Origin: Verrucomicrobia bacterium ADurb.Bin006
GTDB taxonomy: Bacteria > Verrucomicrobiota > Verrucomicrobiia > Limisphaerales > J093
DNA length: 64,000 bases
Assembly (NCBI GenBank): GCA_002071485.1
Contig: MWFF01000197.1
Location: forward strand, 31,424 to 95,423
Direction: 5' to 3'
Shown piece by piece: positions 26,687 to 35,222 of the stretch. Both the position numbers and the translations under genes were made by a program. Within the stretch, counting starts at the first letter, position 1, and every line of letters begins with the position of its first letter. The notes under the pieces were generated by a model. That model had not been told where the DNA came from, ran no database searches, and worked only from the letters and a program-made list of their open reading frames with translations.

Positions 26687-27702
26687 GGAAAAGCGACCTG
26701 AAGGAGGTCCGCCTGGCGGATCGGGATGCGCTGGCGGAAGAGGTGGACTTGGGCGGCGCGGTTCTGGAGGAATTGACGCGCCATGGTGGACCCGGCGTCA
26801 AAGGCGCGGTACTGCTCGTACGCCCTGGGCTCGAGCAGCCCCAGCTCGATCTCGATATACGACGGCAGGGCGTTGGTCAGAAAGAGAAGGGCCGTCTCGC
26901 TGGGAAGGCGGTCCTGAGCAATGAAGACATTCGTGTTGAGCTTGATGGACGGGTAATAGATGGCATCCAGTCTGTTGAGGAAACCGTCGTTATTGAAATC
27001 GACAAGGCCCATGAACCGGTTGGTCGTGTTCCAGGTCATCGGCAGGCCCGTGGCGTCGTAGGCCTGGATTCGGAAATGGAGCACGCGGTCGATGATCGAC
27101 GCGTAGGAGAAGGCCGGAGTGGTCAGGATGTTCGAACTGAGCCAGCCGAACGCCATGTGGCGCGCCAGCATCTCACCGCTGTGCCGCGCCAGGGTTCCGA
27201 CACCGTTTGTGGCATTGATGACGCGGTAGCTGGTGCCGATGAAACGGTCGCCGACGCGATTGAGGAGGTAGACTTCACCCAGCGTGTTGGTGCGGGTGGC
27301 GCTCGCCCCCATGAGTTTCTGGATCACCGGGTTGTAACCGCCGAAGTCGGGCGGCGGGTTGGTGGCGTAGTAAAGGCGCTTGAGGACCGCTTCGTCACTG
27401 GCGAGCAGGGGCAGGGGGCTCATCCCGACGAGCAGGTTGGTTTCGCCGTCCACATCCGAGGCGGCGAGCTGCTCGAAATCGCGGATGAGAAAGTCCATCG
27501 CCGCGCGGCCGGCTTCGAGCACGTCCACCTGGGTCACGTTCGAGCGCAGGGCCTTTTGGGTGTGATGGAACATTCCGTAGAGGGCGCCGACGATGACGGC
27601 CATGATGCCCAAGGCCAGCATCAACTCCATGAGCGAGAAGGCCCGCTGGCGTGCCGTCGCGGAGGTCGCCGCGGACGGGAAGGATCGAGTGTGCATCTTC
27701 AT
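26683..27702 (-). CDS. GspJ-like minor pseudopilin (prepilin-type N-terminal domain)
   Basis: ...ATARQRAFSLMELMLALGIMAVIVGALYGMFHHTQKALRSN... carries the prepilin methylation-type segment. There is a 1-nt TGATG overlap with the upstream gene and an ATGA overlap with the downstream gene. Confidence 0.7.
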   Translation of the reverse strand: MKMHTRSFPSAATSATARQRAFSLMELMLALGIMAVIVGALYGMFHHTQKALRSNVTQVDVLEAGRAAMDFLIRDFEQLAASDVDGETNLLVGMSPLPLLASDEAVLKRLYYATNPPPDFGGYNPVIQKLMGASATRTNTLGEVYLLNRVGDRFIGTSYRVINATNGVGTLARHSGEMLARHMAFGWLSSNILTTPAFSYASIIDRVLHFRIQAYDATGLPMTWNTTNRFMGLVDFNNDGFLNRLDAIYYPSIKLNTNVFIAQDRLPSETALLFLTNALPSYIEIELGLLEPRAYEQYRAFDAGSTMARQFLQNRAAQVHLFRQRIPIRQADLLQVAFP

Positions 27703-28556
27703 CAGGGCAACACGAATTGCGAGGGTCGCAGGAAGAACAAATGCCGCTGGTCCAGATAATCGACGTTTGTGACCGCCAGGCTTCCGCCGATCAGGGTGCG
27801 AAAGACCTTGCGATTCCCGCCCACATCGAAACGGTTCTGTCGACGGTACACGGGCCAGTCGACGGTCAGGCGCAGTTCATACAGGTTCGCCATGAGCGCG
27901 CTGGCGCGCAGGAGGGTGTTGAGGCGCACCTGTTTGTCGGCGTCGCTCAGGCCGCTTTCATTGAGATTGGTGTTCATACCGGTGATGGCGGAGAACGGGA
28001 CCAGCTCGGTCCGGAGGCGATACATGAGGGCGAACTCGTTTGCGATCGTCTTCTCGGCCGCCGACCCGGTCATCGCGCGCACATAGGCGGCCGAGGGCAG
28101 GGACTCGAACTCCATGCGCGCGTTTGTAGCGCCCCACTGGTAGTATTGGGGCAGGCTCAGGAGGCCGATGATATCGCGCCCGTTGCGGAAGCCGACGAGG
28201 CCTGAGAATCCGTCGAAGAGGCGGTAGGTCGAGGCCCGCCACACTCCCGAGTCGCGCACGCGGTTGGTCCGCGTGTTGACCGAAATCTCCTCGACGTAGT
28301 TGGTCAGGTCATTGAGTCCCAGCGAGCCGCTGCGGATCGCTTCGAGCCAGAGCTTGCCTTCCTGCGTGATGATGGTGTCCTCGCGGTTCTGCCGCTGGAC
28401 CTGGAGGCCGGTGGGCATGACGCCGATGATGGCCACCAGGGCGAACGCCACGACCGCGATGCAGATCGCGATCTCGACCATCGTGAAACCAGCCTCGCGG
28501 CGGCGCGTTCGCACTGAACCGGGCGCTTCGGGCTGGGATAGTGGGTGTGGGTTCAT
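27702..28556 (-). CDS. GspI-like minor pseudopilin (prepilin-type N-terminal domain)
   Basis: ...RTRRREAGFTMVEIAICIAVVAFALVAIIGVMPTGLQVQRQN... has a G|F cleavage-type motif with Glu at +5. The gene is tightly coupled on both sides. Confidence 0.7.
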   Translation of the reverse strand: MNPHPLSQPEAPGSVRTRRREAGFTMVEIAICIAVVAFALVAIIGVMPTGLQVQRQNREDTIITQEGKLWLEAIRSGSLGLNDLTNYVEEISVNTRTNRVRDSGVWRASTYRLFDGFSGLVGFRNGRDIIGLLSLPQYYQWGATNARMEFESLPSAAYVRAMTGSAAEKTIANEFALMYRLRTELVPFSAITGMNTNLNESGLSDADKQVRLNTLLRASALMANLYELRLTVDWPVYRRQNRFDVGGNRKVFRTLIGGSLAVTNVDYLDQRHLFFLRPSQFVLP

Positions 28557-29470
28557 TCGACTTTCGTCTCCAGGATGCGCGGGCGGCCCGTAATCCAGTT
28601 CACGACAACATCGGTCCGGTTTGCCGGCGGAGTGCTGACAACGTCAGGCGCAGCGTTCAGCAGGTAGTGGTCCTGTTTGTCTTTCGCGTAGAACACACTG
28701 CCGCGGCTGAGCGTCACGCTCGCGTCCATCTGGATTCTCTGGCTGCCCTGGCCCTCGAATGTCAGCCGCCCCGAAGGATCGAATGCGATGTAAGGCATCC
28801 GCATGACCTCGCTCTCGGCGGTCGGGAACGGGAACCAGGCGTAGGGCAGAACGCGGTTCGTGACGACGACCGTCAGTTGGTTGGTCCAGGCGGAACCGAG
28901 ATCGACGAACTTGTTGGTCGCGAAAAACATGCCGTCCGGCAACATCTTCCATCCTCCGCTCAGGTAACGGGGCGTTTCACGCCCGGGCTGATCCCCCACG
29001 GTGCGTTTCGAGAACAAGGCGTAGGCGCGGTACTGGCCGGCGACCAGGTTGGTGAACTGGCGCAGGGCTTGATCGCGATTGCGGCCCGCCGGCATCGCTT
29101 GCAACTCGGTGATGTGGCTTCCCGCGGTGGGCGGCACGAACACCATGTAAACCGTCCGCCTCGAACTGAGCGCCTGCTGGCGCGCCAGGTTCAGTTCATC
29201 GAGGATTTGGCGGCTCCCGGAGGCGAGTGTGTTGGCCTGAGTGAGGCTGCGGATGGCGGGCACGCTGCTGGCAGCCAGCACCACAATGATGCCGATGACC
29301 ACCAGCACCTCCATCAAGGTGAATGCCCCGGCCATCGGACGGCGCGGCGCGGCGGCTCGGGACTCGGGGGTTGGGGCGGTCAGGCCTGCCTGGCCCCGGC
29401 CGAGGCGCAATGCCCGGCGGGGTGAATGGAGCGGGTTCACCGGGGCAGTGGATATGGTGCTGGCGATCAT
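28553..29470 (-). CDS. GspH/FimT-like minor pseudopilin with a 47-aa leader
   Basis: ...PRRPMAGAFTLMEVLVVIGIIVVLAASSVPAIRSLTQANTLASGSRQILDELNLARQQALSSRRTVYMVF. I chose the ATG at 29470 because an AGGAGG lies 6 nt upstream, overlapping the previous TAG stop (aagTAGGAGGcttggcATG). ATG 29335 is an alternative. The tracked ORF start at 29716 overlaps the upstream gene. Confidence 0.68.
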   Translation of the reverse strand: MIASTISTAPVNPLHSPRRALRLGRGQAGLTAPTPESRAAAPRRPMAGAFTLMEVLVVIGIIVVLAASSVPAIRSLTQANTLASGSRQILDELNLARQQALSSRRTVYMVFVPPTAGSHITELQAMPAGRNRDQALRQFTNLVAGQYRAYALFSKRTVGDQPGRETPRYLSGGWKMLPDGMFFATNKFVDLGSAWTNQLTVVVTNRVLPYAWFPFPTAESEVMRMPYIAFDPSGRLTFEGQGSQRIQMDASVTLSRGSVFYAKDKQDHYLLNAAPDVVSTPPANRTDVVVNWITGRPRILETKVE

Positions 29471-29480
29471 GCCAAGCCTC

Positions 29481-30365
29481 CTACTTCCAACTGCAGACAT
29501 TGTCCTTGTTCTGCAGCAGATTGGCGCCAGCGTTGCTGTTGATCTTGCCGTCGGGTCCGAACGACCAGACCATGACGGACGTCTTGGCCTCGAACCGGTG
29601 CGGCGTGTTGTCGCCGGCGCTCGCCGCGGGCACGCGCCGCAGCCCGTTGTATCCGAGATCCGGGTTGCCTGATTGGGACTTGTCCTGCGACACGGCTTCG
29701 GTGCGGTAGAAGGCATCTCGACAACTGTTGTCGTAGTTCAGATCGAGCGTGATGATGAAGGGATTACCCCACGGATCCCGCAGCACGCCGTCGGGACCGA
29801 TGCCGCCCCCCTTCGAGATGCCCTGGTTGCCGCCTGCGGGCGCCTTCTGATAATCGACGTCTTTGAAACCATCCAGAAAGTCCTGTTTCTGCGGATTCAT
29901 GCTCTGCGGCGGATTGGATTTCGCGGGGTTCCAATTGGCGGGCAGGGTCCCGTTGCGAAACCGGTCAATATCCCGCAAAATGGCGACGACATCGGAGTTG
30001 TTGCCCTGGTAATTGGCCCATTGGTTCTGGAGCAGCGGCAGCGCCTGTCCCCGTCGATCGACCAGCGCGGTCCCGCCTGTGGATGCGACGGTGCCGAACG
30101 TGAAGTCGGGGGAGTTGTCGTTCAGCGAATTTTGGGCCGGCTTGGGTGCGGGAAGGCGTCCATAGGTCGCATTGTACGAGTGGATTGCGCCAATGATCAC
30201 CTGGAGATCCTTCTTGGCGGTCATGATCTGGGCCTTTTCCTTTGCCTTGCCGACGGCGGGCGTGATCATGGCAGCCAGAACGCCAATAATCGCGATCACC
30301 GTCAGTAATTCGATCAGGGTGAACCCGAGGTCGTTCCAGCGGGTTTGGAGCATGTGCTTCTTCAT
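29481..30365 (-). CDS. GspG-like pseudopilin (enlarged, 294 aa)
   Basis: MKKHMLQTRWNDLGFTLIELLTVIAIIGVLAAMITPAVGKAKEKAQIMTAKKDLQVIIGAIHSYNATYGRLP plus DPWGNPFIITLD (GspG 'DPWGNPY' motif). I place the start at ATG 30365. The tracked extension to 30566 is Arg-rich and looks non-coding. Confidence 0.8.
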   Translation of the reverse strand: MKKHMLQTRWNDLGFTLIELLTVIAIIGVLAAMITPAVGKAKEKAQIMTAKKDLQVIIGAIHSYNATYGRLPAPKPAQNSLNDNSPDFTFGTVASTGGTALVDRRGQALPLLQNQWANYQGNNSDVVAILRDIDRFRNGTLPANWNPAKSNPPQSMNPQKQDFLDGFKDVDYQKAPAGGNQGISKGGGIGPDGVLRDPWGNPFIITLDLNYDNSCRDAFYRTEAVSQDKSQSGNPDLGYNGLRRVPAASAGDNTPHRFEAKTSVMVWSFGPDGKINSNAGANLLQNKDNVCSWK

Positions 30366-30573
30366 AATCTGAGAGGACTGGTTTCTTGAGGAGAACTTCC
30401 AAGGGAAAACAAAGGCGGCCGGGCGCGCGCCTCGCAGTCGAGGCCGGGATCGGCGGCGGCTGCCATCGCCGCGCGTCCCCCGAATCGGGACCGACCAGGA
30501 CGGCGCCGACCATCGGACGGTCAGTTTCAGCCGGCCTGACGGAGGGATGTTGAGGCCGATAGTCATGTCGCGG

Positions 30574-31317
30574 TTACCAGTTGGCGATTGTCACGCGTTT
30601 ACCGCCGATGTAGGCCTCGGCCCACAGGTCGTAGGCCGCCACGTTGTTCGTCGGCTTGCTGCACACGTATCTCCACGGATTCGCAAACCGCTTGTCCGCG
30701 GACGCTGATGTGTTCACCCGCCCGGCCAGGGGAGCGGTCGCAGCCTCTTTCTTCGGCCACGGATACGGGATGACCAACAGTTCGACTGTCAGTGAGCCGG
30801 CGGATGAGGTCAGCGGGATTTCCTGGTGCTGATTGGCCTTGAGCCCCGTGAGGAAGGTCTTCGGACGCTGCGGCGCTTCGGTCGAGTTCACGAACCCTTG
30901 CACCCCAAGCGCCGGCTGGAGCTGTGCCGACGGCAACCGCTGTTCCCGGTCGGCGGAGCGGTAATACATGCCTTGCTGTGAGACGATGGTTCCGGTGAGT
31001 TCGTAGAAGAGAGGATTGAGCGCCGGATTCACATTTACACCGTTGAGCGAGTTGTCCGGGGGATACTGGTTGAAATCGATCCGGTAACTCTCGATCGCCG
31101 CCCCCAGTTGGTCCCTCTGCGCCCGGATGGTCGATTCCTTCGCCTTCCGACTGGCCACGCCAGCGAGACCAGCGCCGATGGCGGCAAGCACTCCAATGAT
31201 GGAAATGACCGTCAGCAACTCGATCAGAGTAAACGCCACAACCCCGTTTCGGTGGGCGGCACTCGCCGCCGCGGGCGCATCCGGCTTCCGGAAGATTGGA
31301 CGATTCAGACTCTTCAT
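30574..31317 (-). CDS. Prepilin-type pseudopilin (G-like, first gene of the cassette)
   Basis: [90 protein letters not shown] 208-nt untranslated gap follows the gene. Confidence 0.75.
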   Translation of the reverse strand: MKSLNRPIFRKPDAPAAASAAHRNGVVAFTLIELLTVISIIGVLAAIGAGLAGVASRKAKESTIRAQRDQLGAAIESYRIDFNQYPPDNSLNGVNVNPALNPLFYELTGTIVSQQGMYYRSADREQRLPSAQLQPALGVQGFVNSTEAPQRPKTFLTGLKANQHQEIPLTSSAGSLTVELLVIPYPWPKKEAATAPLAGRVNTSASADKRFANPWRYVCSKPTNNVAAYDLWAEAYIGGKRVTIANW

Positions 31318-31345
31318 TTCATTGTTCTGGTCGCGGTGGGCCTCT

Positions 31346-31621
31346 TCAGCGCCCCCGCAGTTCGCGCTCCATCCGTTCGCTCAACCACTGCTTGATCATG
31401 CTTTGATAGTTCAAATACCGTTCCCGCGCCATCCGCTTGATCCGTCCCAGCATCCGCGGGTCCATTCGCAGCGTGATCGTGACCGATTCGGCGCTCTCCG
31501 CGCTCGACGCCACTGCGCTTTCCATCAAGCGCAGATCGACACGCGTGTCGGCCCAGAATGCCGCCTCAGCCTGTTCGCTGTCGAACAGAGGCACCTCTTC
31601 CCAAGTGCTGATCGTGTTCAC
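31346..31621 (-). CDS. brnA: BrnA-type (CopG/RHH-like) antitoxin
   Basis: 91 aa, with ...VTITLRMDPRMLGRIKRMARERYLNYQSMIKQWLSERMERE. This matches the BrnA pattern ('..gYQt.in..L..') and the gene sits directly downstream of the DUF497 gene. Confidence 0.7.
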   Translation of the reverse strand: MNTISTWEEVPLFDSEQAEAAFWADTRVDLRLMESAVASSAESAESVTITLRMDPRMLGRIKRMARERYLNYQSMIKQWLSERMERELRGR

Positions 31622-31676
31622 AAGCGCATTCGAACTTCGCCCAAACCCATCGGCCCGCCGGTCATGCCTGCAATTC

Positions 31677-31961
31677 CTAGGCCAACGTCTGGTTCACTTT
31701 CCTCTGATAAAAGAACTGTTCCTCGTCAGTGAACGGACGGGCGTAAAGGACCCGGACCACCCGCCCGTTTGTCCGATACAGACTCATGATTCCGATCCCG
31801 GATGCCGACTTGCCGAGGTTAAAGAACCGCGCCTGAACCGAAAATCGAGGTGAATCAGGCATCAATCTCACGGCAAATGGGTCTTCGAATGATTCTTCAA
31901 TATCCCGAGGCGTCAAAGATCTGTCGCATTCAAAGGGCGGGTTGTTCCAGTCGAACTCCAT
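31677..31961 (-). CDS. brnT: BrnT (DUF497) toxin
   Basis: 94 aa: MEFDWNNPPFECDRSLTPRDIEESFEDPFAVRLMPD...ARFFNLGKSASGIGIMSLYRTNGRVVRVLYARPFTDEEQFFY. This fits the DUF497 pattern (F.WD...EE.F.Dp......R....G.......V.y......iRiisAR.at..E...Y). The toxin-first order is as in brnTA. Confidence 0.7.
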   Translation of the reverse strand: MEFDWNNPPFECDRSLTPRDIEESFEDPFAVRLMPDSPRFSVQARFFNLGKSASGIGIMSLYRTNGRVVRVLYARPFTDEEQFFYQRKVNQTLA

Positions 31962-31992
31962 TTAACGGTCTCACGTAAAGCAATCGCCCATG

Positions 31993-32038
31993 CATTGTGT
32001 TTACAATGTATTTACGCCAGCCTCACTGGGTCTGTCAA
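31993..32038 (-). promoter_or_regulatory. Sigma70-like promoter plus palindromic operator upstream of brnT
   Basis: The minus strand reads TTGACA (32038-32033), an 18-nt spacer, then TAAATA (32014-32009). The perfect palindrome CATTGT-AAAC-ACAATG (32008-31993) follows immediately, about 30 nt upstream of the brnT ATG. The region is locally AT-rich. Confidence 0.5.
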
Positions 32039-32070
32039 CAAAGAATTTTGGATCTGAGGCAAGGGGAGCG

Positions 32071-32865
32071 TCACCAGTTACCCCAGTAATAGACGTACGA
32101 GGACGCCTGGTGGACGCCCATCTGTTTGATGCCTTTCCAGATGACCGAGCCATCCAGCGCGCCCACATTGCCGCCCTCGGCCCCCACATCTGCCGCCGTG
32201 CGCCCCGGCAGTGAGCGCGTGAGCGAGCTGTTTCTCTCGAGAATGGTGCCTCCACGCGTGTGCGGCGCGGATTTCAGTCCGTCCTCGCCCCAGTGATTGG
32301 CGTCCGCCAGAATCGTATTTGTTCCCGAGTCGCTCAGCCGCGTCGGGGAGTACCAGGGGTACTGCTTGTAGGCTGGCGGCACCAGGGCGTCGCCCAGATA
32401 CTGATAACCGATCAGATACCCCCACTGCGAGTTGGTCCGGTTGAGGAAGTTCGGATTGAACCGGAAGTTCGGGCAGTCGAGAATCCGTTCGTTGCCCGAG
32501 TAGCGCACCAGGTTTGTCCAGGTGGCGTGGGAGACGCGGATCGCATGCCATTGCTCGGCGTTTTCCCTGGCTGTTGGAACGCGGTCTTCGAAGTCACCGC
32601 CGTACAGGTGAATCGCCACCAGACATTGGCGCATGTTGCTCTTGCAGGCGGCTCGCTTGGCTCGTTCCTTAGCCGAACTGAGGGCAGGCAGCAGCATTGC
32701 CGCAAGGATCGCAATAATGGCGATGACAACCAACAGCTCGATCAGCGTAAACGCGAATCCCGCCGCGGATTGTCGTTCGACTCTCGCCTTTTTGGATACC
32801 CAGTCTCGCACAGTGACGCCGTCGAATCTCGTTGCGCAGGGTGCCGGGTGCAACTCAAAAGCCAT
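32071..32865 (-). CDS. Prepilin-type N-terminal domain protein of the H-X9-DG class
   Basis: ...[49 protein letters not shown], with a C-terminal ..HTRGG...[13 protein letters not shown] (H...DG-type ending). An internal GTG ([11 protein letters not shown]...) would give a shorter leader. Confidence 0.8.
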   Translation of the reverse strand: MAFELHPAPCATRFDGVTVRDWVSKKARVERQSAAGFAFTLIELLVVIAIIAILAAMLLPALSSAKERAKRAACKSNMRQCLVAIHLYGGDFEDRVPTARENAEQWHAIRVSHATWTNLVRYSGNERILDCPNFRFNPNFLNRTNSQWGYLIGYQYLGDALVPPAYKQYPWYSPTRLSDSGTNTILADANHWGEDGLKSAPHTRGGTILERNSSLTRSLPGRTAADVGAEGGNVGALDGSVIWKGIKQMGVHQASSYVYYWGNW

Positions 32866-32873
32866 GGCAAAAG

Positions 32874-34043
32874 CTATGGCGCGGGCGGCTTGGGTGTTTC
32901 CTCGGTGAGTCGCCAGCCGGAAGAATCGGCAATCAGGCCAGTGTGCCCCTTGTACCGGTCATACACCGCGTGCATCGCCTCGATGGTGTCGAAGTAGCCC
33001 ACAATATGGGCTGCGCTGAAGGATTCGCCCGCGCGGACCGGGCGTCCGTGGATTTCCTCGATCATCACGATGATGTCGCCCGGCCGCTGGCTGCACCAGG
33101 CCTCGTAGACGATTGACGGTTCGAGCGTCAGGCCTGCCAGCCATGGACCGTCCCGTCCCGTTTCCCTGTCTCGGAGATGGTATGCGCGGATGAAATGTTG
33201 CGGTGTCCGATGTGTGTCGCGCCGATAGCCGAACTTCAAGTCGGGCGGGAAAGGTGTGAAGAACTCGCTCGAAGGAATGCGCACGCCTTGGGGACCGCTC
33301 AGATAGCTGAGGTAAATCTCGCTGAATGTGTCCCCCCGCTCGTGCCGCACGCAGCCAGGCGTGTCGTTGCGAAGGAACATCTCCTTCGAGCTGTTGACGC
33401 TGTCGATTCGGTCCATCAGCACGAAAAACCGCTCCCCTCTGGGAAAGACAATCCATTGTGTCCACCGCGATCCAGGCACACGGCCCGGCGCCGCATATTC
33501 GTACCGGTAACTTGTCTTGATGGCGATGAAATCCGGACCTCGGACGATCTCTGGCTGGACGGGCTTCATCCGGTGACAGAGTTGGGGGCCTTCGACAACG
33601 CGCTTGCGGTGGCTGCTGCCGTGGGCCATCAGCGCGTACTCGCGCCGGGCAGGATCGGTCTCGTTCTCGTACCAGGTGTATCGACCGACGCCGTGGCCGT
33701 CCTCCGCGATGACCTGGTCGCTCCAGGCCTCGTCGCTCCCCGCTTCCATGAGCCAGTCGATCACCATCAGCCCATCACCCACTTCGCGGAATCCGGTGGC
33801 CTTATCGAGAAACGACCCCTTCTCGATGCCAGTCATCCAATGCTTGGGGTCTTTCTTGGGAATCACGGCTTCGAGTCGATCGGTCTCAATCTTGATCGCG
33901 CGGTCACTCTCGGTCACGTTCGCCCACGCGCCCGATTCCGCCGATTGTGAGAGGGCCGGTCCGACCCCGATTGTCGCCAGGAGCGCGCTGCAGCAGAGCC
34001 GCCCGATGAGCGTTTTGTGTTGTGGTGACGATTGCCGTGGCAT
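32874..34043 (-). CDS. Secreted hypothetical protein (390 aa)
   Basis: I place the start at [38 protein letters not shown] (signal peptide) within tracked ORF 32874..34895. The upstream 284 codons of that ORF overlap the hydrolase gene and are Arg/Gly/Pro-rich. I recognised no family motif. The gene ends 8 nt before the next gene's start. Confidence 0.6.
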   Translation of the reverse strand: MPRQSSPQHKTLIGRLCCSALLATIGVGPALSQSAESGAWANVTESDRAIKIETDRLEAVIPKKDPKHWMTGIEKGSFLDKATGFREVGDGLMVIDWLMEAGSDEAWSDQVIAEDGHGVGRYTWYENETDPARREYALMAHGSSHRKRVVEGPQLCHRMKPVQPEIVRGPDFIAIKTSYRYEYAAPGRVPGSRWTQWIVFPRGERFFVLMDRIDSVNSSKEMFLRNDTPGCVRHERGDTFSEIYLSYLSGPQGVRIPSSEFFTPFPPDLKFGYRRDTHRTPQHFIRAYHLRDRETGRDGPWLAGLTLEPSIVYEAWCSQRPGDIIVMIEEIHGRPVRAGESFSAAHIVGYFDTIEAMHAVYDRYKGHTGLIADSSGWRLTEETPKPPAP

Positions 34044-34147
34044 AGTAGAGCGTTGATCAGCGGTTTGAATCGAATGCCAGAGGTTACTCGAAACCCCGCC
34101 GCCGCCGCAAGCTTGACGGGGTGCTGCCAGCCCGCGGGCTGTCGGGC

Positions 34148-35002
34148 TCAGGCCGGGACGGCGCACTGGCGCGCGCGCGTGTGTGTGACTAACCCCAACT
34201 CCTCGAGCCAGCGCAGGATGCGAACCGCCACCCGTTCCCATCCCGGTTCGAGCATGAGGTCGTGTCCCATGTCCTCGAAGAACTCCGCCTGCACACCGTA
34301 GAGGGCCGCCACGTGCTCGACCGATTTGCGCTTCATACACCCGTCCTGTCCAGCGCCCAGCACGAGCACGGGCGTTTTGGTGAGGGCCCGCCAAACCACC
34401 TTTGGCCGCAACAGCAACTCGAGGCAGACGCGGTAGGAATCCTCTCCGAGCCGGGCAAAGCAGTTCTCGACCACCTCTTCGGGGGTTCTGTTGGAGAAGA
34501 ACCAGTCGCGGCAACTTTGCAGGCTTCTGATGACAAGGCGGGGTCTTCCGAGGCGGTGCGCCCGAAAGTACAGGCCCGGCTGGCGCAGAGATCGGCGCCA
34601 GGTCGCCCACCTGAAGGCGCCAGGATGCGTCGGGGCAAGCAGAACTGCCGCCGGGGGATTCAGCTTGTGTAAACGCATCTGGATCAACATGGCGCCCAGC
34701 GAATGGCCCACGAGGATGGGACATTGTTCGAACTGCGCCGCGGCCTGCACCACGGCGTCCGCAAAGTCGTCCAGCGAGGTCCATCGCAGCGTCCTCCTTC
34801 CGGTGGCTGCTCCATCGCGTCCGGGCAAGCTCAGACAGTGGGCAGTCAGACCCCGTTTGTTGAAAAACTCGCGCCAGGGGGCGGGCCAGCACCATGAACC
34901 GTGCAATAGGCCGTGCACGAAGAGAATGGGGCTCTCGCCGGGCGCCTGACCGGCCAACTTCAAAGTATAGACTTCAGGTTCCATCTCGAATCTAGTAAAC
35001 AC
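34148..35002 (-). CDS. Alpha/beta-fold hydrolase
   Basis: PILFVHGLLHGSWCW (oxyanion region), nucleophile elbow GHSLGA, and ...FFEDMGHDLMLEPGW (His region). The start is GTG 35002 or ATG 34984. Confidence 0.75.
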   Translation of the reverse strand: MFTRFEMEPEVYTLKLAGQAPGESPILFVHGLLHGSWCWPAPWREFFNKRGLTAHCLSLPGRDGAATGRRTLRWTSLDDFADAVVQAAAQFEQCPILVGHSLGAMLIQMRLHKLNPPAAVLLAPTHPGAFRWATWRRSLRQPGLYFRAHRLGRPRLVIRSLQSCRDWFFSNRTPEEVVENCFARLGEDSYRVCLELLLRPKVVWRALTKTPVLVLGAGQDGCMKRKSVEHVAALYGVQAEFFEDMGHDLMLEPGWERVAVRILRWLEELGLVTHTRARQCAVPA

Positions 35003-35024
35003 CCACTATGCATCTCTACGTAAT

Positions 35025-35053
35025 ATTATAGGGAATTCTGCAAGAAATGTTAC
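35025..35053 (-). promoter_or_regulatory. Candidate promoter of the hydrolase gene
   Basis: The minus strand reads GTAACA (35053-35048), a 17-nt spacer, then a perfect TATAAT (35030-35025), in an AT-rich patch 23 nt upstream of GTG 35002. Confidence 0.3.
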
Positions 35054-35222
35054 GAGTGGAACCGATGTTTTTTTTAGAAAATCGATCTGAGGAGCTTGCG
35101 GGCGGTCCGGGCGGTCAGTTCGAGACCGCCTCGCCGAGATTGGGGCAGATTGTGGAAGAGCATTGGCGACTCGCCCTTGTAACTCTCTTCGTCGCAAGCA
35201 TTTGTGGTCGGCAGGTGCCCGA

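Noticed and set aside
23558-27759. Plus-strand ORFs 23558..25000, 25100..25798, 25886..26299 and 26671..27759
   Set aside because: They are antisense to the K-like and J-like pseudopilin genes, have low-complexity translations, and show no start-context or motif support.
29471-29716. Longer start (29716) for the H-like pseudopilin
   Set aside because: It would overlap the upstream G-like gene by 236 nt. The AGGAGG plus ATG at 29470 gives a compact junction 10 nt after the upstream stop.
22883-32865. Calling the cassette a complete type II secretion system or type IV pilus
   Set aside because: Only pilin-like genes are present in the window, with no ATPase, platform, secretin, alignment proteins or peptidase. 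The machinery, if any, must be encoded elsewhere, so the T2SS versus T4P versus novel assignment stays open.
34044-34895. Upstream 284 codons of tracked ORF 32874..34895 (673 aa)
   Set aside because: This part overlaps the alpha/beta hydrolase gene (GHSLG motif) in another frame and has Arg/Gly/Pro-rich composition. An internal ATG at 34043 is followed by a clear signal peptide.
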